DNA of 44,323 nucleotides from Proteiniphilum sp. (GTDB taxonomy: Bacteria > Bacteroidota > Bacteroidia > Bacteroidales > Dysgonomonadaceae), in NCBI GenBank assembly GCA_041656815.1, contig JBBACU010000001.1, positions 1-44,323 on the forward strand, given 5' to 3'. The notes below the pieces were generated by a model. It was not told the DNA's origin. It saw only the letters and a program-made list of their open reading frames with translations, and searched no databases. Within the stretch, counting starts at the first letter, position 1, and each line of letters opens with the position of its first letter. Positions 17,901 to 26,217 of this stretch are shown here, piece by piece. Position numbers and translations under genes: made by a program.

Positions 17901-20900
17901 ATGCGCCTTCGTCCCAGTTGAGTTGCAGCTGGATTCCTGAATTGGCTTTCCGTTTATTTTGCCTGAACCTTGTTTCATTTTCTCCTGATTTTTCATCAAA
18001 GATATTACTATTTTCCGAACTATCAATGTCTTGCGAGCTATTTTTTAATTCAATATTGGCGACTAATTTCTCATACGCTTTTTTAATAGCATTAACCTGG
18101 GAATCCACGATCCTCTCCGCGATTGGCGTGAGGACTCCATCTTCAACGTTACCCGGCGTGCTCTCGATGTGCTTTTCTTTCACCAGCTGCCGCATATTGT
18201 AATTTATGTTCGCGGTTGGTTGCACGTAAGTTTCTTTCCATTCCGACACCGGGATAGAGAATTTAGAGAGGGTTTTCCTGCCAAATTTGTTCAACACGGT
18301 AATATTGTCGCCTTTGATTATCGCTTGCTGTGGATAGTCAGTCACAGATTTGTCGCTATGTCTAAATGTTTCCGGCTTTCTGTTTACAGGGATATATGTT
18401 TTCGATTGCCTCAGCCTCTCCGCACTGTCCTTCAGCATATCGTTTGCCATGCGCTCGGCGGTGGAGAGTTGGATATCGATGTTGCTTCCGGAGAAGAACT
18501 CACGGATAGCATCAACAATACGCTGGAATAAATTACGGTTATTAATGCCCATGAACTCTCCGCGCTCGGCCACGGTGGCTATAAATTCGTCGGCAGCCGC
18601 GTATTTATTCCCGAATCGTTTCAGCAGCTCGTTTTGAACTTCTGAAGGTAAGCCGTCGAAAAATGATTCTAAAACAACCCGGTGGTTTTCTCCAAGCAGA
18701 TCCTTTATGCCTTTGTGCGCGACGACTTCATGGAAAAAGGTTTCCTGTACATCTTGCACGTTTTCGGCGTTGGGCAAATAGATGTGAACCTTATCATCCA
18801 CGTACCAGCCTTTCACGTTACGTCCGGACTCGATAGCTTCGCGAGCGGCGGGGTTGGTCACGGTACTCACTTCGGAGTGCACCTCAACGGGGGCGTTGAA
18901 TATTTTCGATAAACGGTCGATTTCTTCCCTGAATACCGATGTTGTTTGAGAAGTATTCGACGGCTTGTTTTCAGCGTACTCGCTGAATGCTTTTCTTTGC
19001 CTTTTACCATCGTATAGCCAGGGCTTGAAATCTTCCACTCCCACCTCCGTGATCGCTCCCAGTCCCTGCCATCCTTCTTCGTAGTTCGACAGGTACGCCG
19101 CGCGTGCTTCATCTACCGTATCAAACCCAAGCATCACCTTGCTTTCATCGAAGACGCCAGTTTGTGGATCCACCTGATCAACGACGAACACTTTCCCGCT
19201 CTCCGGATTGGGGCCGACGAACACGTCTATCTGATCGCCGTCTTTTCCTTGGGTTCGCTTGAAATACCCGTAATGGTTTTGCATCTCAACGCTCCATGTG
19301 TTTCCTTGGGCATCGGTACCGGAACGAACGGATCCGGCGGGATTTTCGATTGTGATATCGAATCCCTGCACGTTCACGTGTCCTTTCTTGTAGTTGCCGG
19401 CTTGTTTTTGTGCTTCGGAGGGATTGGGGTCTACCTGCTCACCCTCGCGGGCTATTTCGTTGTTTTTTACAACCGTATTTGCCAAATCAAGTATATCGAC
19501 TGGCTGTGCTGGTTCTCCTTTTTGTTGACTTTCTGATACTTCGATTTCTGTACTTGATTGATCATCAGTGATTGCTGTGTCGGTATCCGAAATGTTTTCT
19601 TGTGTATTACCCTCTATTGTTTGCCTATTTGGTAAACTTTCGGTTAATCCTGTGTCGGGTTGTTGTCCGTCTGTGCTGGTTGATCCTGTGTCAGATCGGG
19701 TTCCGGATTCTTCACCTTGTCGATCGACGACAGCAGGAGATCCAGCTTGTTCAATGCTCGCTTCTTGTCCTTGTTGTCCATAGCTGTTTATGATTTGTTG
19801 TAATAATTCCGGTTTCGAGAGAACGCCATCGAAAATGTCGATCTGACCGGCTTCAAGGTCTATCGCCCTGGCGTTATATGTATCGAAGATCGAGCGGAAA
19901 TCACTGTCTTTCTCTCCCTCGAGCATCAAAGATAGTAATTTTTCTGTCTCGGAATAAATTTCTTCCGCGGTGGCTTCGAAGATATTCCCCTGCATTAAAT
20001 GGAGTTTCACTTTACTCCCGCTTTGTTTCGCATCATACAACAGGTGAATGGCGTTGTTCAGCTCTTCAATCAGCGAATATTCCGACAATGATGCGTTTCT
20101 CAATAACTGGGGCATGGTACGCATCAGGGTTTGACGGACCGAGCGCATTTTATCCACCTGCCTCAATGCTTCTTCGTTAAGTACCGAACCCAGCATCAAG
20201 GTTTCAAAAAATGAACGCCCCTCGGCACTCAACGACTCACCGTCCATCATTCGAGCCACTTCGTTTGGTTGTATGACGCCGTTGTTCAACAGGATCTGTA
20301 TGGCATTCTTCACGGCGGCCGGGTTGGTGTAGAAATCATTCAGCTTCTCGAATTTCTCTACCTCCTGGGCGAGCGGTATGATGGCATCACGGGAAACACT
20401 TTTGCTTGCCTTGATGGCTGTTTCAAGGCTGCTTTGTGTTTTCTTCTCCTCGGCGTTGAATTTCGCGAAAGTGGCGGTATCGTAGGGAAGATCTATCGTC
20501 GGCACGAACACCACGCGGGGGTTGGGCATGGCTTGCACTTGTTCCGTGGTGAATCCCCAACGTGGCGCGAACCGGGTGATGTAGTCCACGTAGGCTCCAT
20601 CGGTGCCGTTGCGGGCGGCTATCTGGCCCGCCATGGTGCGATCGTTGCCGGAAAGTACTATTCCCTCACGGCTGACAACAACGGGCGTCTGAACGGCTCT
20701 CTCGTCGTAATTGTTCGCTCGCTGTTGCACGAGCAGTTGAGCTTGCTGGTCGGCCTCGTAATCGCGATCGTTCACGGTTTTCCCTTGATCATTGGTCGGG
20801 AATCCTTCCGTCTTGGCAAAATTGCGGTTGATATCGTGACTTGGCGATGGCGCCTCCGAGGTGGTGAGAACGTAGCGACCGGGTATTTTTTCCCCGTTGG

Positions 20901-23900
20901 CAAGGGTGATCACATCTTCCATGCCTTCCACCTTTTCCGAGTCGTTCCATTTTTCCGTGATGGACTGGGCGGCGGTACCGACACGGCCGGCCTCTTCGGT
21001 GCTGATCGCGTCACGTCGTGCTTGGCGATCCGTTGCAACGGAGGTGGGTTGTTCTGCCTGGCGTTGCATCTGTTCTTCTATGCCGGCCATACGCGCTGTA
21101 TTCACGTAATCGGAATATATCTGTAGTTCACTTTCAATGCCGGCAACCTTTTCCGTCTGCTCGATATTGAAGGGGTCGTTATCGAGTTTCTTTTGCTCTC
21201 TCCCCAATGTTTTCTTCATGTTGTCGACCTGCTTGATGGCCGCCTGAAGCGTGCGCTCATTCCCGTACTGGTATTCAAAATACTTCAACGTTTGCTCGGG
21301 AGTCATCTGTCGCTGATCGATCTGCCCTTGGTTTTTTCCGCTCTCGATAATTGGAAGGCTTTCCATGAACGTGACCCGTTCCGCTTCTTCGGGTGAAATT
21401 TCCGTTTCGGGTGGGATTGTTTCCGTTTCCATGTCAGAAATTTCCGTTTCAGGCGTGTTTTCCACTGATTTTGGCTGATTCTCTACCGTTTCTTGGGATA
21501 TTATTTCATTTTCGGGCGAAATATTTCCACTTTCAGGGGTTACTGTTTCCGGCTGCATGAATCCATATTGAGTCATTCCTGCCGGCTGCACGGTTACCTC
21601 GGTGAGCGATCCGTCGGTGGCCTCAACATCCAGCGTGATGCTTCCATCTTCGTTAAAGTCTATGATCTGTGCCGTGCTCCCGTCGGGGCCGGTGGCGGTT
21701 AAACCTATCGTCCAGGGGCCGGGTGATGGTTGGCCAGCCCGGACTTGGTTTCGTGCGATAAGTAGATTATCCACTTCTGAATTTATAGCCTGCTCGGAGA
21801 TAGCCCTGGCAAAGCGCTCTGATTGCTCGAGTTCGGCGATGGCTTCGGCCACGTCCATACTTTCTTCTACCTCTATCATATCGGCGGTCGTAACCTGCGT
21901 TTTACCTTCCGCGTCGATGTAATAAACGGCCTCATCGCTCGTTTCCGTATCGATAATGTATGCGCCTTCCTGATTTACATCGAAAGATAAACCTCGAATG
22001 ATCGCGACAGGTTGATCGTTGTCTTTGATTCTTCCTGTCACGAGCGTACCGGTTTTCTCGTTGACGTTTTTTGTCAAATTCAAGGTTTGCTCGCGAAGGG
22101 ATTCTTCCTGCATCGATGAGAGCTGATCGATTAATTTCTGATTTATCGCCGCTGCCTGAACTAATCCAGCGATGGCATTATGTTGCTCTTCGGTATAGGA
22201 GTCATCAAGAAAGATCTCGAACAGGATCTGCTTCTGCTCGTCGGCGTCGCGGGTTAAGATGTGTTGCTTATCAAATGGGGCTGCCGAACCCTCGAACGCG
22301 GAGTCGAATTGCTCTTCGGCGAGCGCAATCTGGTAGCGAGCGGCTATGTGGCTATCGCTGGACATTGGGTCCACATCCTCGCGTATCTCGGGATTGACGA
22401 CGGCCTCAAGAATTTCGTAACCTTTTGCGGCGTCCTGTTGGATTTCGCTGCTGTTCACAACTACTTTTCCGGACTCTTCGGCAACCTCGTTGGAGAATTG
22501 CTTGAACTCGCTCCAGTTCACGGTAGTCCATTCTTTCACGGCCGATTTCGGGATCTCGGTCACCTCGCCTGAATTCTTCAACACCGAATAAGTGTCTTCT
22601 TTCTCGCCGAGGATCTCCACGATGCCGGCATCTGTGTCGGCAAAGGTCACGTTTTCTTGCTCTTTTCTACGCTGATTTTGTACACGGTTGTTCACGAGCG
22701 TGGATCCTCCGCCAAGGAAGGCTCCCATGAACACGCCGGCCTTGGCACCTTCCCATCCGTTAAACAGGATCTCTTTTAATTCCGGGTAGTCCTCCTCCTC
22801 GGAGTAGATCAAGGGTACCAGCGTGCCGGCACTCTCGGCCACGAATTCCGATAGTCCCTCGGCGGTCACCTGACGAAGGTAGTTTGCTGCTGCTCCCTTG
22901 TTCAGCGTGCCGGGTACACTCTTGGCTACGCGCTTTAACAGTACGTCGGCTTCTTTGCGTGCGGCTGGGTTATCGATAATGTCTTTGGCAACCTGTTTCC
23001 CCAGACGCTTCTTTATCGTGCGTCCTGCCCCGGCTAAATACATTTCCAGCGGTGGAATTTCAGTGACGATCTCGATGGCGGCAGCGAGCGCGCCGGATTT
23101 CTGGATATCTGATTCGGAAACATCAATGCCTGTATCCTCGGCGTACTGCCGGGCCTCTGCAATGGCGGCTCCCCCCGATGCGGTGGAAAGGACGCCCATC
23201 CCGGCCATGCCCACGGGACGGGCAAGAGGCCGTGTGGCGGGGTGAATTGAAAGGCCTATGGCAAGGGCGTTGGGTACCATTTGTGGAACAAGGTTTCCCA
23301 CCCAGGCCCCGAACCCTTCCGGCTGTGGAATCCGCGCCATCTTTTCCGATGCATCCTTCTCCACGCGATCTCCCCAGGTGGGGGCCTGTGCTTTTTCAGA
23401 CAGATAGGATTTGGCTTCATTAATGGATCCCTGCCTCAACGCTTCTTCGACAAGTTTATAAGGGCGGTAATCCGCGTGGTCTAAAAACGCGTCGCTCAGC
23501 CCCGTCGAGACGGACGGAGCGGCAGATAGCGGGTCCTTCGGCTTTTTAGGTGCTTGGAGGCGCAGCATGGACTTCGCGCGGTCGAGCAGGCGAGGGTTTT
23601 CTTTCCCCCATCTTTCGCGGGCCTTGTGGTACGCTTCCATCTCGGCATCATATTGTTCTTGTCTGTCAGCGGTGAACGCTTTCCGGGGATTGAATTTTTC
23701 ATCCCCGTGCTTCTCGAGAATTTCAAGCGCGCGTTGGGCATCACGGCTGCTGCCGGTAAATTGATTCACGAAGTTGGCCGCGGATATTTTACCGCCCTCG
23801 ACAAGCTGGGGCACGCCGGATTCCTTGATTGATTTCCCTAACCCGCGAACTGTATTGGGCACGGGCGTGAATGCTTGTTGTCCCCATCGAGGGGCGGTAG

Positions 23901-24255
23901 GATCGATCTCCTCATCAGCTGCCACGCGTATATCGGGGTTGGCTTTCACGAAGGCATCTATATCGTGCTCGCCGACCGTGTGCTGTTCGCCGGTTTGATT
24001 TTCTATGAATGTTTGCGTTCGTGGTTTGGCGGGTGTTGCAGGCCGCGTGTCGGCAGCAGGCTGGGCGAATCCCATATCACTGACGAATTCATCGTACGTG
24101 CGCGTAAACCCCGGGTCGATTTTCCCGAGCGACGTGTGTAGACGCCTCCTCTTATTTTCATCTTGCATATCGGCACTGAACTCGTCATAAGAACGCGTAA
24201 ACCCCGGGTCGATTTTCCCGAGGTTGGCGTGAAGTTTCTGTAAGTTGTCATTCAT
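11947..24255 (-). CDS. Giant polyvalent (probably virion-ejected) protein: ddrB-like ParB, inorganic pyrophosphatase-like, zincin peptidase, JAB/RadC x2, LPD23 plus peptidase, kinase-like, C-terminal LPD38-like
   Basis: 4102 aa. SGNDRTMAG (~20640); AGNYKKGH...DGDQIDVF...FDESKVMLGF (19040-19400); FHEVVAHKG (~18720); HNHPSG (~17520); ATGWERGIDKKWRYE (~16740); LLHEIQH...LAGETEAR (16120-16460); GEGGTKG...VVDFS (15570-15960); VNFDRKG..FFNATIQG..KIPLP (12900-13170). Confidence 0.85.
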   Translation of the reverse strand: MNDNLQKLHANLGKIDPGFTRSYDEFSADMQDENKRRRLHTSLGKIDPGFTRTYDEFVSDMGFAQPAADTRPATPAKPRTQTFIENQTGEQHTVGEHDIDAFVKANPDIRVAADEEIDPTAPRWGQQAFTPVPNTVRGLGKSIKESGVPQLVEGGKISAANFVNQFTGSSRDAQRALEILEKHGDEKFNPRKAFTADRQEQYDAEMEAYHKARERWGKENPRLLDRAKSMLRLQAPKKPKDPLSAAPSVSTGLSDAFLDHADYRPYKLVEEALRQGSINEAKSYLSEKAQAPTWGDRVEKDASEKMARIPQPEGFGAWVGNLVPQMVPNALAIGLSIHPATRPLARPVGMAGMGVLSTASGGAAIAEARQYAEDTGIDVSESDIQKSGALAAAIEIVTEIPPLEMYLAGAGRTIKKRLGKQVAKDIIDNPAARKEADVLLKRVAKSVPGTLNKGAAANYLRQVTAEGLSEFVAESAGTLVPLIYSEEEDYPELKEILFNGWEGAKAGVFMGAFLGGGSTLVNNRVQNQRRKEQENVTFADTDAGIVEILGEKEDTYSVLKNSGEVTEIPKSAVKEWTTVNWSEFKQFSNEVAEESGKVVVNSSEIQQDAAKGYEILEAVVNPEIREDVDPMSSDSHIAARYQIALAEEQFDSAFEGSAAPFDKQHILTRDADEQKQILFEIFLDDSYTEEQHNAIAGLVQAAAINQKLIDQLSSMQEESLREQTLNLTKNVNEKTGTLVTGRIKDNDQPVAIIRGLSFDVNQEGAYIIDTETSDEAVYYIDAEGKTQVTTADMIEVEESMDVAEAIAELEQSERFARAISEQAINSEVDNLLIARNQVRAGQPSPGPWTIGLTATGPDGSTAQIIDFNEDGSITLDVEATDGSLTEVTVQPAGMTQYGFMQPETVTPESGNISPENEIISQETVENQPKSVENTPETEISDMETETIPPETEISPEEAERVTFMESLPIIESGKNQGQIDQRQMTPEQTLKYFEYQYGNERTLQAAIKQVDNMKKTLGREQKKLDNDPFNIEQTEKVAGIESELQIYSDYVNTARMAGIEEQMQRQAEQPTSVATDRQARRDAISTEEAGRVGTAAQSITEKWNDSEKVEGMEDVITLANGEKIPGRYVLTTSEAPSPSHDINRNFAKTEGFPTNDQGKTVNDRDYEADQQAQLLVQQRANNYDERAVQTPVVVSREGIVLSGNDRTMAGQIAARNGTDGAYVDYITRFAPRWGFTTEQVQAMPNPRVVFVPTIDLPYDTATFAKFNAEEKKTQSSLETAIKASKSVSRDAIIPLAQEVEKFEKLNDFYTNPAAVKNAIQILLNNGVIQPNEVARMMDGESLSAEGRSFFETLMLGSVLNEEALRQVDKMRSVRQTLMRTMPQLLRNASLSEYSLIEELNNAIHLLYDAKQSGSKVKLHLMQGNIFEATAEEIYSETEKLLSLMLEGEKDSDFRSIFDTYNARAIDLEAGQIDIFDGVLSKPELLQQIINSYGQQGQEASIEQAGSPAVVDRQGEESGTRSDTGSTSTDGQQPDTGLTESLPNRQTIEGNTQENISDTDTAITDDQSSTEIEVSESQQKGEPAQPVDILDLANTVVKNNEIAREGEQVDPNPSEAQKQAGNYKKGHVNVQGFDITIENPAGSVRSGTDAQGNTWSVEMQNHYGYFKRTQGKDGDQIDVFVGPNPESGKVFVVDQVDPQTGVFDESKVMLGFDTVDEARAAYLSNYEEGWQGLGAITEVGVEDFKPWLYDGKRQRKAFSEYAENKPSNTSQTTSVFREEIDRLSKIFNAPVEVHSEVSTVTNPAAREAIESGRNVKGWYVDDKVHIYLPNAENVQDVQETFFHEVVAHKGIKDLLGENHRVVLESFFDGLPSEVQNELLKRFGNKYAAADEFIATVAERGEFMGINNRNLFQRIVDAIREFFSGSNIDIQLSTAERMANDMLKDSAERLRQSKTYIPVNRKPETFRHSDKSVTDYPQQAIIKGDNITVLNKFGRKTLSKFSIPVSEWKETYVQPTANINYNMRQLVKEKHIESTPGNVEDGVLTPIAERIVDSQVNAIKKAYEKLVANIELKNSSQDIDSSENSNIFDEKSGENETRFRQNKRKANSGIQLQLNWDEGALPFRRSEAIDSDPEVGNLQREKGYVQTDDNSLTFVERQLSDLGQLNFMGSPLTGPAKITSPNDIAFLFKNLESAATENAFAVLANKDGNYRVLYISTGHTSGALIDDKLILGAAIEYGATEITLVHNHPSGRLVPSTADYQSNNNLWTSARAAGIHVNPGIIINLDSGQYAEFDSSDRTYTVSDRTAITNDISSINVHQFDRLVLHRPSSERTYIRTSRDIAEFLSKQKRGTGNKLHAIILDRSLGVNRYLLLDANAGTTGLIKQIISEIAKHGDSVALASNFPIGKNTINTIKSALNPMGVALIDVLEVQQDQDIIDNYKSFTDEGLLEPEVEYQSPLFRIIGEIGASRMEGAEMVMNDLSVARQMEAGGKDAKSIRMATGWERGIDKKWRYEVPDLELNISEQKKFYLMSEILPDSSDLLRSYPSMRDMLVQVDINETNNNGGEYIPFTDRSYEGLFPLEEEIKVEAKDIESAKSILLHEIQHAIQEREGFAQGGSERLALGLKLTSEQREKYVLKSVEEHSRKKGYKLTDDQIKSITEQVVLGEQADDSRVRELETETGLSEDQIADFFLKGLDPYHVYQSLAGETEARNVQARETMTPEERRSTLLAETEDVARDDQIVLLNSVNDNDIRFRTVDGKEVSLFKYGEGGTKGVFQDNEGNLYKSLVRQENAYNKEAKKWTKKDVPGESREYEILKELQDNNNIVKVGEKIETTHGPMFEIERLNEIESLTYNEYNGVRDILKTINDKGYFVNDLVSVMRRPETNELVVVDFSSGLKDESKIGDQSYDDRNNINRLKKLLSEEDRRKVERDNHNDYERKMAEIFPGYKADIRFREEAPAYKGQSIFDYAAEVNQYNEQQNVQGREISEDSPNVEESKPKYNGQPISEYAQEITDYNDANGIRFRVQLDKDGLPIPPVLHAGMNNLDIADLVTEFKNHTDKVFKDVNIEMAKISSLYTTFVDRARPLEKYQALMQEKGAKPGESVYWDYITSSSRATHLIQDYNKTRIEPLQESLRTILRGGKKSKLSQLPIYKWHIIDESTGEVINDKEISDYDRVSLYLQAKDIVEASTLDIADRGEEGFRKNVRDNKGDEVDPNDYIDEFEKAVGKKTVDDLWNKIRAVNKWALDLQLEYGLIDSDVYAKYTDGTRQHYVPQRGWRERDIAGNKLYYTLDKSSGPDNPFNVALVKARGRETLAGDPLAYMQSIGESTVMAALKNRTKQKFLDFAEANSDFARIHDFFAFKRVYYMNTGKVDADGNAIYERTYEPPSQEQIDADKKTNKKLLEIPNKQIEARQNYIVHKKITKNQYDRLMKRLSDQERKLRNSINVRYADSEASRIAQVTAKERQQHNVIILRDGKEYEIQFSQNYDGERVANALNRNFGREVDGDLKFMQNVNEGLRRGTRFMSAMMTQYNPTFSVANFIRDWGIGSISNMAEFGLDYQLKFMKNTAAVQPAVWKYAAAEQWGMGKEYSDGYYGKMMKEFFEDGAATGWSFLKDIEQLRTDMKRAVDPKKSDFILHGKFGLWNAAGLKQAFGMLTEASELTTRFAEYVTSREMKNPDGTPRFTREEAAIHAKEISVNFDRKGNQKFFGTLFSFFNATIQGTNKLFRMIRNPKVRNRMIGISAMLTAGGILQAMLMPDPDDDDDRMFTEWELMQNLCLGKVKIPLPQGLRAFWGFGTQMGLASRGMKGVDSALLEGTHYFFGELIPEQLIFWANGLEIDDTTDQLTFNTTMAVRGAIPTTMQPMYDVWQNTNFMGGTSYRTEFTNALADTKAERSLGKRNVSEAAQKISDKLWVWGGGDIADDSRLRKEGTKVVPAFFDVNPSVIETLTRGYAAGTGKFVMDLVTLGIQIADPEKEVDVSRMAIANVLWKQPRDFSVLESKLWKLSDKTSFYKTQYNEVKKNNPERYKRITSFHANSGQLGRRDPVEFQHRLWRDGTDENKMFGLIQMSEMLQKRIDAGLIGGEEAERQVDMLLLKFEELQ
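24101..24222. repeat. 93-bp-period duplication at the N-terminus of the giant protein
   Basis: Identical 29-mer CGCGTAAACCCCGGGTCGATTTTCCCGAG at 24101 and 24194 (LGKIDPGFTRxYDEF twice). Confidence 0.9.
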
Positions 24256-24269
24256 AGCTTCGTGTAATT

Positions 24270-25274
24270 TTAATAGAGACTTCCGGAGGAAGTGGGTTGG
24301 GATCTCTCCAATCCCCCGGCACCAATGTCAGGCCTATCCGTTGCGACGGCCGGTTGAGGTGAACCAAATTGCCTATTGTATAAATATTGCGCGTACATCC
24401 ACGCGAGGTTGTTGTCGTTAGTTAAGCCTTTAATCATCCTTCCGGAGACAGGATCGAAGGAGTCCACGTACGCGTGTGGCGTTTGGTCCAGGAATGCTTG
24501 ATCGGATTTCGCTGAATTAGCGTAGCCTGATATTTGTTCTTTCGTGAATTGAAAGGGAATTACCTTCCTTCCCATGCTGTCGGTAGTGGCATTGGGATCG
24601 CCCGGGTGAGCGTTTAATACCATGTAACCCTCGTTTTTTTGTGTCGAAGTTGGTGGCCTGTGACGTGCGCGTTCTCGTATAAGTTCCTTGTCCCGCTCGA
24701 ACTTGGTTTGTGCGGAGGCTTCCTTGTCCCTTCGGTCACGCTCGTATTTCGCCTGATCCTGGATTGCCTTGTTTTCGGCCTGTTCTCGCTGCCATGCCTT
24801 CTCCGCTTTTCCGGTTAATAGTTTCCGCTCCTCTTCTCTCGATCGGATGGCGTCCTGAAGATGAGCGGCAAAATCTTTCGCTTGAGCATCGCCCAGCGCG
24901 GCATTGTACCGGAGAAGATCGTCTTCATACTTTTCCTGCATCTGCATCAGGCGGTCATTGGTTGCCTGCTGGCTGCTTTGGCCTCCTCGTTGTTTAATAT
25001 TCGCACCGCGTGAATGAGCGAATATCTCCGCGAGGGTTCCGAAGGTGTCCGTCATGGCCGCGCCGAAGCGTGCTTTCTTCGCTTGCTCGGGAGTGATCCT
25101 CATCTCGGGAGGCGTGTAATTACTCATCAGGGCGTCCAGTAACGGTTTTTTCCCGCCCTGCCACTCCTCGAATGCTTGCTGCCTATTAAATGCCGGCATT
25201 GCTTCGATTTCCTGCACGTGATCATCGTACGTTATGTCAGGTCGCAACCTCTTGTTGATTTCTTCCTGTGTCAT
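24270..25274 (-). CDS. Putative internal virion/ejection protein
   Basis: 334 aa, Ala/Gln-rich coiled coil, just upstream of the giant gene. Confidence 0.55.
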   Translation of the reverse strand: MTQEEINKRLRPDITYDDHVQEIEAMPAFNRQQAFEEWQGGKKPLLDALMSNYTPPEMRITPEQAKKARFGAAMTDTFGTLAEIFAHSRGANIKQRGGQSSQQATNDRLMQMQEKYEDDLLRYNAALGDAQAKDFAAHLQDAIRSREEERKLLTGKAEKAWQREQAENKAIQDQAKYERDRRDKEASAQTKFERDKELIRERARHRPPTSTQKNEGYMVLNAHPGDPNATTDSMGRKVIPFQFTKEQISGYANSAKSDQAFLDQTPHAYVDSFDPVSGRMIKGLTNDNNLAWMYAQYLYNRQFGSPQPAVATDRPDIGAGGLERSQPTSSGSLY

Positions 25275-25288
25275 GTTGGTTTATATTT

Positions 25289-25804
25289 TTACGGGAAACT
25301 GGGGAGTCGCCTCATCGGGGTTGATTTTCTTATTAACAGCCTGCGTATATCGTAGAGCAACGTTTCCAGCCGCGAGAAGAAAAAAACAGCATCGTCGGGC
25401 GACTTTGTTTCAAGCCATCTCCAGCAAATGTAATCGATTAGAAATTGCTCGATCTTCACATCGATGCTCTTCTTGTATTGCAGCGGGAAATCGCAGTGCA
25501 TCTTCAAGTACAGCGCAAAATCACGGTCCTGCTGAAAGTCCGGGAATTCCCTGTAAATCTCCCCCATGTCGGTAGGCATCTCGGTGAGGTAGTTCGACGA
25601 GATGTTTTGAACTATCTCCGCGCGGGCCTGATCAAATAGTCGTTTGAAAAGCACGTCGTACTCTTCGTCCATCACCAGTTCCTGAAAGAGTTCCTGGAGT
25701 TCCCCTGTTTTCAATTCACGAAAACGACGTTCAGCAAGCAATGATGTCTCCAGCTTCACGCCTTTTTGTATCGCGTCGCGCGAGAAAATGAAAAAGATTA
25801 TCAT
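25289..25804 (-). CDS. Putative adaptor/neck protein
   Basis: 171 aa, helical, IEQFLIDYICWRWL; in the virion operon. Confidence 0.45.
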   Translation of the reverse strand: MIIFFIFSRDAIQKGVKLETSLLAERRFRELKTGELQELFQELVMDEEYDVLFKRLFDQARAEIVQNISSNYLTEMPTDMGEIYREFPDFQQDRDFALYLKMHCDFPLQYKKSIDVKIEQFLIDYICWRWLETKSPDDAVFFFSRLETLLYDIRRLLIRKSTPMRRLPSFP

Positions 25805-26211
25805 GCCGGTTGTTCTTTAATTCGTTGGTTCATCACGCGTTGATAACGCATGTATTTCTGCATAGCCTTTCGCCTATCTTCGCGCGATAACGAGTTGTTC
25901 CGGCTTAGGGGGGTGGCGTAAAACGACTTCTGATGCAACTCCACCGTTGTCATTCGCTTCGGGAGCATTCCCACGCGCTTTAGGTGTTTAAACATCTCGT
26001 TATCGATACTTCTTAGCTTCTCGATAGGCTTGCCGTTCTTCGTGAATCCCGCATGGACCAGAACGACAAAATACCGCCGATTGCGGGCTTTCTGACGTAT
26101 GTCCGCAAGGTGAATGGCGAGCCTAAGTTTAAGCGCCTCGATCCATAAGGTGATTGACAAACGCACGTGGTATGTCAACTCGGAAAACAGTTCAGTTATT
26201 TTTTCTTTCAT
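25801..26211 (-). CDS. Hypothetical basic protein
   Basis: 136 aa, ATGA overlap with the next gene. Confidence 0.6.
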   Translation of the reverse strand: MKEKITELFSELTYHVRLSITLWIEALKLRLAIHLADIRQKARNRRYFVVLVHAGFTKNGKPIEKLRSIDNEMFKHLKRVGMLPKRMTTVELHQKSFYATPLSRNNSLSREDRRKAMQKYMRYQRVMNQRIKEQPA

Positions 26212-26217
26212 GAGGTA

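Noticed and set aside
11940-24190. Many plus-strand ORFs (60-285 aa) opposite the giant gene and other long minus-strand genes
   Set aside because: Antisense shadows of long coding frames, with no recognisable motifs or leaders.
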